Shown here: piece by piece, positions 23,681 to 36,451 of the stretch
Numbering within the stretch: position 1 is the first letter of the stretch
Layout: every line of letters begins with the position of its first letter
DNA from: Octopus bimaculoides
Taxonomy: Eukaryota
NCBI RefSeq assembly: GCF_001194135.2
Contig: NC_068985.1
Coordinates: 67,576,891-67,640,890 of the forward strand
Length of the DNA: 64,000 bases
Direction: 5' to 3'
The notes under the pieces: generated by a model
Databases searched by the model: none
Told to the model about the DNA's origin: nothing
The model's input: only the letters and a program-made list of their open reading frames with translations
Translations under genes and position numbers: made by a program

Positions 23681-24814
23681 AGTTACAAATAACAACGAAA
23701 GAGCTTTCAGAAACAAAAACAAAAGAGATGACTTACTGACTAATCAAGTTAAGCAAACAATCGATTAATTAGTTAGATATTAAACCTGTTTACAAATAAT
23801 AAAGGAGTAGAATTGAATCAGTGCGTGTGTTAATAATATCTGCATAATGATTCCCCCTAGACAGACAAAAAAATGTTTCAACACACAAATTCACATAAAG
23901 AGACCTGGAAATCGGATACAAGAATTCCATAGAAATACCATCTGAAATATCGTCACACATATGGTAGTACGCCATTGTATATAACTATTGAAAAGTGTTT
24001 GTACAGACCACTACAATGGAACGTTCGTTTGCTACCGGGTTCTGAAATTGGAGATCACCGTTGCTTTGTTTTCTAGCAATCATACTTGTGTTGAACTCTC
24101 GATAAGTGGGCTTGCATTGTTCTAAGACGGAAAGAAAGCACAGTTTTACATAAAAGGCATATTATCGCCGTCTTCTAATCAGTTATAAGCCTCACTCTTC
24201 CTGAGTAGTATGACTTATTTCTCTAAATCTAACTTTGTCATTTGGGAAATTAATTATTCCGAAATAAAATTACATGATAAAAAGGTCAAATACTATTATT
24301 TATTTATTCATGTTGTTAATTTGAAAACAAAAGAAAAATAAAGAATAAAGAAGTGTACAGCCCGTTTTATAAGGTTAGCGATTATAGAAAACAAACTTTA
24401 GACTCATGAATTCTTGAAACCATTTTGAAGATTCTTGAATGAACGAATAGCTTTTTAGTTTCTTGCCTTCAGTTCTTTAGCACATAGGATGAAATGCATC
24501 AGTGCATATGATGTTTGTTACACACTGAAATGCCGAGACTGTTTTATTAGAATATATGATTAAAGGGCTCTGACCAACAAAGTAACAGTAAAACTGAAAT
24601 AAATTGATATAATAGAAAAGCATTAGTATTAACACATAGATTTATTTATGTATACATTGATGCATGACGTTCGATAGTTACACAGAAGCTTTATTGAGGA
24701 AGCCAATATCAAAGACATAAATGAAATAGTTTGAACAATCTTTTACGAATGGATAACGTACAGGAAATGGAAAATTGTCAATGTCTTACATGTTTTTTTT
24801 AACTAATTCAGTTG

Positions 24815-25620
24815 AGAATCGCCTGCTCAGATGTGGCGCATGCGCAGGTGCAGTGCATTGTTTCATTCATCTATTCTCAGTATAATGCTGAGTCCTCCCA
24901 TGCCATCTGTCAAACATAGTCCCGGTCAATCCCAATCTCCGCGCGATGTTTCCTCATCTGCTGTGACCATGTGGCATGTGGTCGACCAATACGAGCCGTC
25001 AACCCTGCCGGACCCTCACTGAAGAGGACACGGTCAGCGGGGTCTAAATCGGAAACCTGAGAAATATGGTCAAACAGTCTGAGGAAGAGGAACCACTTAG
25101 CATTAGATTCTCTTTATTCAAGACAAACATCTATCCTTTCGTTACGCTCTTGCAGTGCTCTACTTTGTCTGCCTCCGTTACAAGTATGGGTATCGAAATT
25201 ATTGACAGCTTCACTTATCATGACAATGAGATTCATAGCAGCCTCAACTGCGAGTCCGACTTGGAAGAGCTGGTGCAGTTGTTGACTCATTGGAGAAGTG
25301 TGTTTTGCGCTACTGATATCTGAGCAAGAGGACAAAGTTTCGGGTCTTCAGATCTCTAGCCGTCATTGTCCTGCTCTTTACTATTGAGACTTGCACTGCA
25401 CACTGTCCAGGCCTTTGGGAGATACCTGAGTTACTGTAGTGCCAGGATGCTTCGCAGGATTAAGGAATACCATTGTTCGAATTTCGTGTTCAACCAACGC
25501 AGCTATTCAGAAACTGGAATGTGTCTTATCACCTGTATAATTCGGTCAGACTCTCTGACCATGTTACTGGATTTTCCGCGTTAGACCCTGTTTGGATCAG
25601 GACAACGCTCCAGTCTTCGA
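24815..25620. mobile_element. RTE-clade LINE 3' region in two oppositely oriented parts
   Basis: Plus 25150-25620 reads IEIIDSFTY...LSKRTKFRVFRSL...RMLRRI...DHVTGFSALDP. Minus ~25130-24815 reads LRLFDHISQVSDLDPADRVL...GRPHATWSQQM, the RTE C-terminus. Confidence 0.75.
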
Positions 25621-27480
25621 GAATGGAATACGAATCAAAATATTAAAAGATATAGAAATATGCTTGAACACGAAACAAATATCCTTGTTATACGTTTACA
25701 TGAAAGCTAAAAAAAAAAATGACGTTACTAATTACATCCATTACACTTTTTGAGTTAGTATACGAAACTCAATACCAAAATAGTTACTTCAGTAGAATAA
25801 TCGTTACTTAACATAGCGTTATGGCGAATACATATTCGATAATGGTTTATTTATGTCGAATAAACGCAGGGATACACCATTATGTTAAGGAAAATAAATG
25901 GTCAATAGAAAACTTCAGAAAGCTTAAGAACATCGCTGGTTTAGCCAGCAAAATCCTGTAATATTAAATTACAATGGAGAATTTCTATAAGTAGAATCAA
26001 AAATTCATTAAAAGTTTTAAAACCATATTACCACGAACTTTCTAAACATAACAGTACTTTATTTTTCAACTGAATGGATGAAAATTCCAATCTGTTTGTA
26101 AATCAATATTCTGGGGTATCTTTCTGCAATGTGTTGATCCTGCCAATCCAGCAACCTCACAAATTTAATAATACCACAAGTGAATGATGGAATAACTCTG
26201 TGATTACCTCCCCTATGCTGTTAAAAATAAAAGCAATAATATCTTTACAGTATACCTTAACTTTTAAAACGGCGACAATGTGAATATATAATTTTAGATA
26301 TTCTATGAGTAAGGGATGTAAGATTGAAGTTAAACATGTTGCTGCATGTGAAAGGAGGTAAATTTAAGCTAGTAGTTAGAGGTACTTTGAAAGAAACGGC
26401 TGGATTTCTCAAATTCGTATTTCACTGTCTTAGAGATCTTGAATATATACAGAATCATAGACACTAAATTTTTTCCTTTAATAATCAGTTAAGAGGCGCC
26501 GATATAAAGTAATCCCTATTCATACATACCTAGTCTTAAAACATAATGACCACAGAAATAGTATCAGAGCAGTAATATATGGAAGATATCAATAGTCTCG
26601 AAGAATCTTACCAGTTGTTTATCAAAGATGCTCAGAAGTGTCTCCCCAAAAAATCGTCATAATTCTACCAGCCTAATTCTCTAAAAATTCTAAATGAGGA
26701 AGTTCTACCTGATTCATTACTTGACTAGAATGCTGTAAATACTTGATATTTCGGATGCCAGACACATATTCATAAGTGAGCGGGACCCACATTTGTAGTT
26801 CAGTGAAAGAAACGAAGATAATTGATACGGCTGCACCGCATTCGCCACTATGTATATACCAGTTCTTGTGCTTGATTGCTACAAGTAGATAACTTTTGTG
26901 ATGAATTAAACTCATTTCTTCAACAAGAATTGAACGAGTAGATGATTCAAAATATTTGGAGGTGATGAGAAGCATGGAACGTCTCTGACTTGGTAATATA
27001 CAGACGTGATCTACACATTCATTATTTCTGGACAGCCATTCTTAAATTGCAGCATCTCAGTTCATTTTGTAAGATTACTTGCAAAACATAACATCATATC
27101 GATTCAATTATTATCCACCAAAATATCCGGTTTCAACCAAATTTAAAGCACTTCGACGATTTCATCAGCCCAGTCACTACGATACTGACAATGAACATAG
27201 CATCGGTTCTCTGCATATCAAGCTGCATAGTCCTCAGCTACACCTATCACTATCTCTTATTTCATTAGGTCAATGGCGAATGTTTTAGCGTTTATGGTGC
27301 TCGATATTACCATGGTAACATCCGAATATTCCGACATGAGTTTCCAAAATCTACTTCGACAACCAACTCCACTTTATACGATTATGACACGATAGAACGT
27401 GGAAGAAGACATGTAGAAAGGTGGAAAAAAGAGGCAATTGATATGGAACCTTGGGATTTATCAATTGCGATATGTAGCAT

Positions 27481-28844
27481 TGTTGTGATGAGAGTTACGA
27501 CGTCACCTTGCGAGAGATAGATCGGTTCGAGTAAAGTATAAATAGTAACGATTTGAGTGAGTTCAGAGTTCGGAGTCGAGTGACGTTCGTGTTAGCTCGC
27601 AGTGAAGTCTGAACGTGCCGGTTGCTTAGTTCACAAGGAATATTGATTGTTGGTTCGTAAAGAGATTTGTAAGTTCGTTTCATTGTGTTTGCTGTTGTCC
27701 GGTTATCTTATCTATTGTACGTAACAAACCGCGTTACAACATCTGGCGACGAGGTTTTCGAAGCTCATGTAGATTATTTAACAATTAGTTCGTGATACAA
27801 CTTCCCAAATCATGGAAGACCTATTAGCTTCCAAAGTACAGTTGCAAAAGCAACAACAAAACAGCAACAAGAGTTGCAGAAGCAACTATTAATGAAGCTA
27901 TATTAAAAAAAGTCCAAAAATGAGTTAAATTCGTTTAGACGCTCCTTCGAACTCGATTAATGAATTTTGTTATAATCCAGTGGAGGTTATAACTTTTGCA
28001 TTGTACTACAGAAGATACGAGGAGATTTTAAGCAAGATGCCAAATCATGGTTAGACGAACAAAAAGTGAAATTGTTATTGCGAAAATTAGTTCCTTTTAA
28101 TATGAAAGAAGTTTGGAAGTATGACTGTGTAATCAAAAGATTAGGTAACATGATTTACTTAATTAAAGGGCAACGTTCGGAACATAAGAGACATCTTGAC
28201 CAGTTAAAGATGAGACATACAGAAGAACAAAGGGTAATACGAATGGAAGTCTTCTATAACATGTTTGAAGTGTTTGCACCGAAAATATCGAAGCTCGTAG
28301 AACTGGGCTTCAGAAAACTAAACCAGACTGAATATATGGAAGTAATACATAAACGAAAAAGATATTAAATTGAAGAAAAAATAGCAAAAACAGAAAAGCA
28401 AATGTGTTAACAAGTGTACTTAGTACAACGAAAAGAAAAAAGTGCTGGGTGCAACGAGCAATGCTACCTTAACAGTCGGGCAACAATTAAGATACAACAG
28501 CTAAAAGAAGAAGTGGGACAGGTGCTGGAAAGAAAGTAAAATAAATATAAAAATTCGACAATCTCACAGTAGGAAAAAATTTCAAAATGTGAGATGTTGT
28601 GATGAGAGTTACAATGTCCCCGTTGGTCCGAGTAAAGTATAAATAGTAACGATACGAGTGAGTTCAGAGTTCGGAGTCGAGTGAAGTTCGTGTTAGTTCG
28701 CAATGAAGTCCGAAGGTGTCGGTTGGTTAGTTCCCAAGAGATAATGACTATGTGTTCGTAAAGATAATTTTTTAGTTCGTTGCATTGCCTTTGCTATTCT
28801 CTGGTTATCTTATTTATTGCATGTAAAAAAAATCCGTTACAACA
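27481..28844 (+). mobile_element. Internally deleted Gypsy-type LTR element (TRIM-like, 1364 bp)
   Basis: 5' LTR 27481-27741 and 3' LTR 28595-28844 both run TGTTGT...ACAACA. PBS TGGCGACGAGG is at 27744-27754. The TSD is agcat/cgcat (4 of 5 match). A gag remnant (YRRYEE...WLDEQKVKLLLRKL) is fused to an integrase C-terminal remnant (VIKRLGNMIYLI...HKRHLDQLKMR). Confidence 0.9.
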
Positions 28845-30183
28845 CGCATTTATTCATATCACAAAATATTGCCACCGTACAATGAATCAAAGGTATCTTT
28901 GAAAACAAGACTGAAATCTCTTCCCTTGTAGATAACACTCAAATTATCATAGTCGATCATATTGGAAGTTTTTGATTACTTAAACTAATGACGCCCCCAC
29001 CCATATGAAGTATGATATATCTCATAAGTAAGAGGCTGCCATCGATATCAGGGAAGAACAAAGTTTAACAGGCCACGCTACCGAAGCCGACTTTTCCTGT
29101 CTCAACCATAACCGAACTTTTAAACTCAACTTAAAAAAAAAAACATGATTAAATTTCAAGACCTATGCGGCGATTTGACCAAATATGTAANNNNNNNNNN
29201 ACACACACACACACAAACACACAAAACAATGACGAAAATGAATCACTACGATGATCACACGCTACACACCTTCCTTTCAAGCACTGCTGTAAACAGGGGA
29301 AGTAAGCTACAACGTTAAAACGAAAAGTAATCTCATGAAAATAAGCTGCAGGGCTTTCCAGGATAATGAATCCCTTGATACGTTATATATCTGGGAGACT
29401 AGAAATTGGACACTGTTCATAACTGCTGAGGTTTCTCTGGCGTATACATAGCTTAATTCATGCATAAATAAATTGAATGAATACTCTAAACTTAAGATGT
29501 AACACCGGCATAAGTTGATTATTACCTACTCCTCTAAACCAAACTTAAGTGAAGTGTGAAGTTTCAAGAACTTATTAATGCTGAATGGAATTTGTCCTGG
29601 ACTGTCCCTCATAAATCTTGAGATCAGATCTTAAGATTGTTTAATATATCATTATAACATTAATCTATGCGCTGAAATACGCAAAACAAAGAAGTTTTTT
29701 AGTAAGACATTCGTTTAAATTTATCCGAGATGTTTGTTTAAAAAGTGTTCACCTTTACGTTTCAAATCCCTTTCTACAATCCGTAACACATAAATCTGTC
29801 AATCTTTGGAAATAAATCTCACGAAATAGGACGTCTCAGGGGAAAATGCGGAGAAGAATACGGTATTCTTAATTATCTACTCAAACATTGCTTTCATTTG
29901 GATGTTTACTGTTCAAATGGAATGGATTTATCTCACTTATTTCGCCATTTTTCATCCTATCCTATCTTTGTTTCAACTTCCACCTACGAAGTAATGATAA
30001 GTCCTTGCAAACAACATCCTGAAGTCTCTATATATTTGCTTATTTCTTTCCTTGTGTAAGTACCCTACTAGTGACATTGTATCTCTATCATTATCTAGTT
30101 ATCAGAGTTTCTCACAAATGCAGACGCGTATGAAAAACCACAATATCACATACGCAATACGCTTAAATACATACATATACTTA

Positions 30184-30245
<62 letters not shown>

Positions 30246-30343
30246 TAAGATAAAACTTGGAAAAAGATGTGTGGCGTTCGATCATATAATAATATAAATA
30301 TATAGATATATGCATATATCCCTACATATATGTACACACCCGT

Positions 30344-30722
30344 GGAGGCGCAATGGCCCAGTGGTAAAGGCAGCGGATTTGCAGTCATAGGATCGCGGTT
30401 TCGATTCTCAGATCGGGTGTTGAGAGAACTTATTGAGCGAAAACACCTAAAGCTCCACGAGGCATCGGCAGGATATGGTGGCGAACCCTGCTGTACTCTT
30501 TCACCAAAACTTTCTCTCACTTTTTCTTCCTGTTTCTGTTGTGCCTGTAATTCAAAGAGTCAGCCTTGTCACAGTGTGTCACGCTGAATCTCCCCGACAA
30601 CTACGTTAAGGGTACACGTGTTGTGGAGTGCTCAGCCACTTGCACGTTAATTTCCCGAGCAGGCTGCTCCGTTGATCGGATCAACTGGAAGCCTCGTCGT
30701 CGTAAGCGACGGAGTGCCAACA
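30344..30722 (+). mobile_element. Full-length tRNA-derived SINE
   Basis: Pol III box A TGGCCCAGTGG at 30354-30364 and box B GTTTCGATTC at 30398-30407, followed by a GC-rich body and flanked by microsatellites. Confidence 0.85.
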
Positions 30723-30885
30723 ATGTACATACCTACATCTATATGTATACATACATGCATATATGGGTACAGGAAAAAAAAAACGTTAAACACAATGAGA
30801 AACGAAAAACGAAAACATAAAAATGAAAACAGAAAACGAACTTTTTTCAATATATATATATATAACACATATACATAAATACATG

Positions 30886-30958
<73 letters not shown>

Positions 30959-31029
30959 GCGCGCACACATGTGTATAAGTCTATACGTAAATACGAATCA
31001 CACTGAACCGCAAGATTAGTGGTAGGGGC

Positions 31030-32420
31030 GGATCCAGCACATCGAGATTGTAGGGCATGACATGTTTAATATCGTGTACGCCGTCCTTGGGTGTTCAAGA
31101 CCCCGCCATACACTGTCTGTACATAGAGTACATGAGGCGGTTCACAAGCGACATTGGTACCTGTGCTCTCGCCCTGCCTCCAGTTCTACACGAGTTGTCG
31201 GACGTGGGACCACCTGATTCAGCCATCTCTGGATTTCATCCCACAGGTGGTCAATTGGGATCAGATCCGAGCTTAGAGCCGGTCACGGCATGGTTCTGAT
31301 GTTGTGCTTCATGTGTTCCAAAATGTCGCTGTATGCAGAGGAAATGTCATCAGAGCGCAGTGCTACGTTAACCAGATCCATTGTGTCCATGATGACCCTG
31401 GTCATGTGGGAAAGAGCAGTGTTCTGCTGGAACACTTGACTATTGTGTCGTACGAAGAAGGGAACGATGTGAAGTCTTAGGATGTGGTCAATGTAGCGCT
31501 GTCCTGTGATCGAATTCTATCTACCTGCACCAACATTTTGGAATACACGGGTGCAAGTAGAGGGAATGCCACACCAAATCATGATGCTTTGGCCAACCCA
31601 CGCGTCTCTCTCAATGAGAAATGCGTCTCTGTAGCGTTCACCCCTCCTACGCTACATGCTCACTCTGCCATCCAAAGTGGAAACGCAGTACCAGTTCTCG
31701 TCAGAGAAGACTATCAATATCCATTGTTGGTGCCGTCAATGTCGATGCTTTGTAGCCCACTGTAGGCGTGCCTGGCGATGGCGAGCGGTGAGGAAAGGCC
31801 CTCATGTAGGATGACATCAACGCAGGTAGTTGCTGGTCAGTTGACGTCGAAATGTGTCGTCGCTGATGGGTCGCTAATCAGTGCCAATGGTCTCGCGAGC
31901 TATAATACTGGCCAGACTCAAGCGATCACGGAAGTGTTGCATGTGGATGAAGTGATCCTGCTCGGGCGTGGTCACCCGGGAGTGCCCTCTTCAGGACGGC
32001 CTGCAATGTTGTTGGTATTGTTGTATCATTGTTGCAGGCGATAGATGGTGCTGACATGGACATTATAAGCTTTCGAAACAATCAGGCTACGCTGCCCTGC
32101 TTTCAATCGGCCAATAGCTTGTTCTCCCTGCGCTGATGGCAATTGGGTCATACCTGATGCGCGTCCAAATTACGAATGCCAGGGACGCGGTTCAAGTTGA
32201 TTTTTATACCCATACCTTCCCCGAGATGCACGGCATTTAATGCAGCTTCGTTTTGGCGTCTCGTTCCTGGGAAAGTCGAAAGTTTACCCGCAATTTGGGT
32301 CCCAGCCATAACCAGCATATCTTGGAATATCTACACTAACATCCTCGAAATAAAGTTTCAGAATTTATCATATAAAAATGATATTTGAAAACAATCGCAT
32401 TCATTTTGCGTTTTGGGGTA
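31030..32420 (-). mobile_element. Decayed Tc1-type transposon
   Basis: ATG at 32151 begins MTQLPSAQGEQAIGRLKAG...STIYRL...RVTTPEQDHFI. Later frames give YIDHILRLHIVPFF...FQQNTA and MPWPALSSDLTPIDHLWDEIQR, and the ORF ends near 31066. A probable terminus lies at ~32420 beside TA; the other TIR was not found. Confidence 0.85.
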
Positions 32421-33059
32421 TATATGTATTCATATATATTATGCACTTGTATACGCCCATAAGTTTTGGTTCCTGGAATGGATATTTTATTAGTCTAAAA
32501 TGTAAGAGTAAATGTTATTTGGACTAGGAAACAACGACAAATGTCTTACCTGAATAAAGTGTCTCGAGAATAGAAATTTACGAGTGTGAAAATTGTTGGC
32601 ATAGTATAAGGTGAGTTAAAGAATAATTAATTCTTAGCTGTGTAAATTACACATACCTACAGCGTCATATGATATTAAATAATGTTTGATGTCTAGTACT
32701 GTTATTAGTTAGTTTTGTTTTTGTTTATGTCAGCGCGAAAATGTTACTACACACGGAGAAAATATATGACATTCTGTAGAAATATTTAGTGAAACAATAA
32801 AAACCTGTAATAGGTGTGAAGGAATATTATGAACAACAAATCCAAAACTTTACCACGAAATGACCCCCTCCTTATTTGAAGTATATTCGACTAGTTGGAA
32901 ACTTTTGTTCCACACTAATTGAATAATAAATATATCTGCCAAGCTACTCTTATACAGATCGACTTTTATATGGATTCCAATATTACTAGTGTTCAATACA
33001 AAGAAATAAAAAGGCGGCGAGTTCGCAGAATCGTTTGCGTGCTTGGCAAAATGCTTCAC

Positions 33060-33230
33060 GTCCTTTCATCCGTCTTTACGTTCTAAATTCAAAATCCACC
33101 GAGGCTGACTTTGCCTTTTACCCTTTCTGAGTCGATTAAATAAGTATCTGTTAAGTACTGGGGTCGATGTGACTGACTTATCCCCTTCAACGAAACTGCT
33201 GGCCTTGCGCAAACATTCGAAATCAATACA
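33060..33230 (+). mobile_element. tRNA-derived SINE, same family as 33905-34121 and 36268-36436
   Basis: Shares gttct.a.ttcaaa.tcc.ccgag...gactttgcctt...ggggtcgatgt core. Confidence 0.75.
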
Positions 33231-33309
33231 CACTAATAAAAGCCCATTGAAAATAGAGAAACGAATGATAATTTATATATTCATTAATATAGTAGACTCT
33301 AGTCGAAAG

Positions 33310-33512
33310 GATTTTCGCCACCGCATTCGCCCGACCTGAACGCCCTTGATTTCGGCGTGTGTGAAGGATCTGTCACAATAACGTCGAGGCGTTGAAGTCA
33401 TCCGTCAGCCGCGTGTGGACCAGCATGAGGATGGACATCACCTGTAACGTGTGCACGGTTTTCAGGTCTCGCCTGGGGCGGATGCTCGCTGCCAAGGGCG
33501 GCCACATTGATT
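33310..33512 (+). mobile_element. Tc1/mariner-superfamily transposase C-terminal fragment
   Basis: PPHSPDLNALDFGV...NNVEALKSSVSRVW...FRSRL...AAKGGHID*. Confidence 0.75.
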
Positions 33513-33679
33513 AATATTAATATTTACACACATATTTATATGCTAAAACAATAAATGCGTGTCTAACTGCATCAAAACTATCGTTGTTAGTGAGAACAAC
33601 GTAACGATTGTAATAGGACTCTTGCAAAGCCTGGTATGCATACACATACACAAGCATACACACGCACACATACGCACGC

Positions 33680-33713
<34 letters not shown>

Positions 33714-33904
33714 GTGTATGTATGTATGTATGTATGCATGTATGTATATATTTATGTATGTATGTATGTATGTATCTATGTATGTATGTAACTGCAGCCG
33801 CATGGCTGAAACGAGTAAAAGAGTATTATATACTTTTTTACGCTTTTACTACAAAGTAAAATCAATAAAAGATAAAGTGAATTTGCTGTGAAGTATTATA
33901 ACAT

Positions 33905-34121
33905 CTAATTCTTCTCTACTCTAGGTACCAGGTCAGCAATTCTTGGGGGTGGTGAGAGGCCAGTCAATTAGATCTACCCCAGCATGAAACTGGTACTTAA
34001 TTTATCGACCCCGAAAGGATAAAAGGCGAAGTCGACCGCAGCGGAATTGAACTCAGAACGTAACGACAGACGAAATACCGTTAAGCATTTCTCCCGGCGT
34101 GCTAACGACTCTGCCAGCTTT
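33905..34121 (-). mobile_element. tRNA-derived SINE with intact head
   Basis: The minus strand begins agctggcagagtcgttagcacgccggg (box A-like). Box B-like GTTCAATTCC is at 34043-34052, and the core matches 33060 and 36268. Confidence 0.8.
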
Positions 34122-34407
34122 GTTACAGCCTCTAATTTAAAAAAAAAAAATGCTGAGAGTGACTGATGATAAACGCAAAACCAACGGCGCCAGCACCACC
34201 ACCATCAACACTAAGAGCATGTTGTTAGGCATGCAAATGTGGCAGCGAAGATTACGACAGCAACAACAACAACAGCGACAGCAATGCCAACAATATTAAC
34301 AGAAACAACGACGGTAGTAACACATTCTGAGTTCCTCGTTCATTTCAGACTCTTTCATCTCAGTCTCATCATCATCATCATCATCATCATCGTCGTCGTC
34401 GTCGTCG

Positions 34408-34454
<47 letters not shown>

Positions 34455-34832
34455 GTTGTCCTCGTTGTCGTCGTCATCATCAACTGTTTATACATCATCA
34501 TGCTGAACCATTAATCATTGCATAAATATATATCTATATTATAATGAAAGAAGCTGCTTATCAATTAGGTATGTAACAGTTATTAAAAGACAGCAATCAT
34601 TAAAGGCTTGGCCGTCTGGAATTTTTCTTTTTATAAATCATGTTCGAGGAAATTTCACATAATTTCGACTTCTGAGTTTTATTGAATTTTTGAACTCCAA
34701 CTTCTCCCAAATTTAAATGTTTTTCGCATTCAATACGAATATTCCGTTTTCATTTGAAAAATCTCTCAATCTTTATTTCAATGTTTTCATTTCACATTTT
34801 AATTCGATATTTGGAAAACCCACACTTCATTC

Positions 34833-35115
34833 TACATGTGGTCTGATCAATAAGTATCAGGACTGTGGCCATTATAACGAAGCTATAGCATGCAGAGTAA
34901 AGTCGCTTGGCACAGAATGACATTGTCGTGTATGTGCACTGTTTTAACCTTGCAGCTTACTGCCCCTATTTACAGCAGTGCTCGGAAGGAAGGTGTGTAG
35001 CGTGTGATCGTCGCATTGATCATGACAGAGTAAGTTGAGCAGAGAATCTGCATCAAAGTTTGCCAAAGCCTTGGTGATACCTGCTCAAAGGCTTATGAAA
35101 AGTTTACAAAACTTC
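34833..35115 (+). mobile_element. mariner 5' end: TIR plus start of transposase
   Basis: The terminus TAcatgtggtctgatcaataagtatcaggact resembles mariner TIRs. ATG at 35022 gives MTE*VEQRICIKVCQSLGDTCSKAYEK. Confidence 0.75.
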
Positions 35116-35846
35116 GTCATCTGTTCTTCGTTCTCTTTTGGGTAGTGTGACATTAGGAAAGGCCTCTGCCTGTTCAGTGTTAACTTTTTGGAAGATCACC
35201 GTCTCTGGTTGTATGCTATTTTTTTCGCATCTCGAGCATCTCAAGCTCATAGATAAAAGTTGGCCTTTATTTGTTTTCAAAATTTTATTACCGAGACTAA
35301 ATGTTTTTTTCTCTCTATTTAAAATGAGACGTGTTGCATTTGATATCGATTGTTATCATTATTTGCCTCGTTTAATTTGTTTAAACACAGTATGTTCTTC
35401 TTTGTCTTGTGTATGTATGAATTGTACGAGTGCATGTGTGAATTATTCAAACATTATATTTATGTGTATTTGTGTAGAAACGAGACTGCAAATACGATTA
35501 TCATTTGTACCCACATTTATTTTTCTGTAGCCACATCACATTATCGCGGATTGCTTCAATTCTTATATAAGCAAATCGCATCTCCGTGTGTTGTTTACCT
35601 TTTCACACAATTGTGTTTCTGTGACAACGTGCCTTACAGCAACGATGTTTCGTATATCAGAGAGATATTTCGACGTTCTGGAATGATTTACATTAAGAAA
35701 CTATGTTCTTGAATATTTTTGCTATTTCTTAAATCCTCTTTTGCCGATAATCACAGATTTAATCCAACCTCCCTCGGAGCTCGCTCGTACACGTCCGTCA
35801 TGTTCGTTATTCGTTGCTGACCTTATTATTATTATTATTATTTTTA

Positions 35847-35898
<52 letters not shown>

Positions 35899-36186
35899 GT
35901 TGTTGTTTTTTTCTTCTTTCTTCAAATGTTCTTCCATTTCTCGCCGAGTGTTTTCCGTACACCTAGGGCAGAGAAACTCATTGTATGCATTCCCAGTTTA
36001 CACACGCAAATTCACAGTTAAAATATGTAATTAAAAACAATTAATAAGTAAATAAATTCATGAATGGATGTTGTTTTCACAGCGATATTGCTCTTCTCAG
36101 TACATGAGTCCTTCCAGTTAACATTTAACACGAATTTTTGCACTTCCTGTAGGGATGGTAAGCCTGGTATCATTTTCAAATTATTA

Positions 36187-36267
<81 letters not shown>

Positions 36268-36268
<1 letters not shown>

Positions 36269-36436
36269 GTCGGACGTCGAGCTGAATTAATCGTTCTGAG
36301 TTCAAATTCCGCCGAAGTCGACTTTGCCTTTCGTCCTTCGGGTTCGATGAATTAAGTACCAGTTGCGTATTGGGGTCGATGTAATCGACTTGATCGCGTC
36401 CCCCAAATTTGAGGCCTTGTGCTTCCAATAGAAAGG
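36268..36436 (+). mobile_element. tRNA-derived SINE body with (ATT)n tail
   Basis: gttctgagttcaaattccgccgaagtcgactttgcctttc...ggggtcgatgtaatcgac...agaaaggattattatt. Confidence 0.8.
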
Positions 36437-36451
36437 ATTATTATTATTATT

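Noticed and set aside
26673-26975. 100-aa minus-strand ORF
   Set aside because: No recognisable motif. The plus strand gives IERVDDSKYLEV, suggesting a very old LINE scrap, which is too weak to call.
27105-27175. Hammerhead-like CTGATGA...GAAACCGG on minus
   Set aside because: Stem II pairs poorly and lacks the G-C closing pair, and there is no stem I complementarity.
30344-30415. tRNA gene
   Set aside because: It has box A and box B but no full cloverleaf or T terminator, and it continues into a SINE body.
34155-34180. Other CTGATGA matches (34159, 39763, minus 55857, minus 61689)
   Set aside because: None has a properly placed GAAA with pairable helices.
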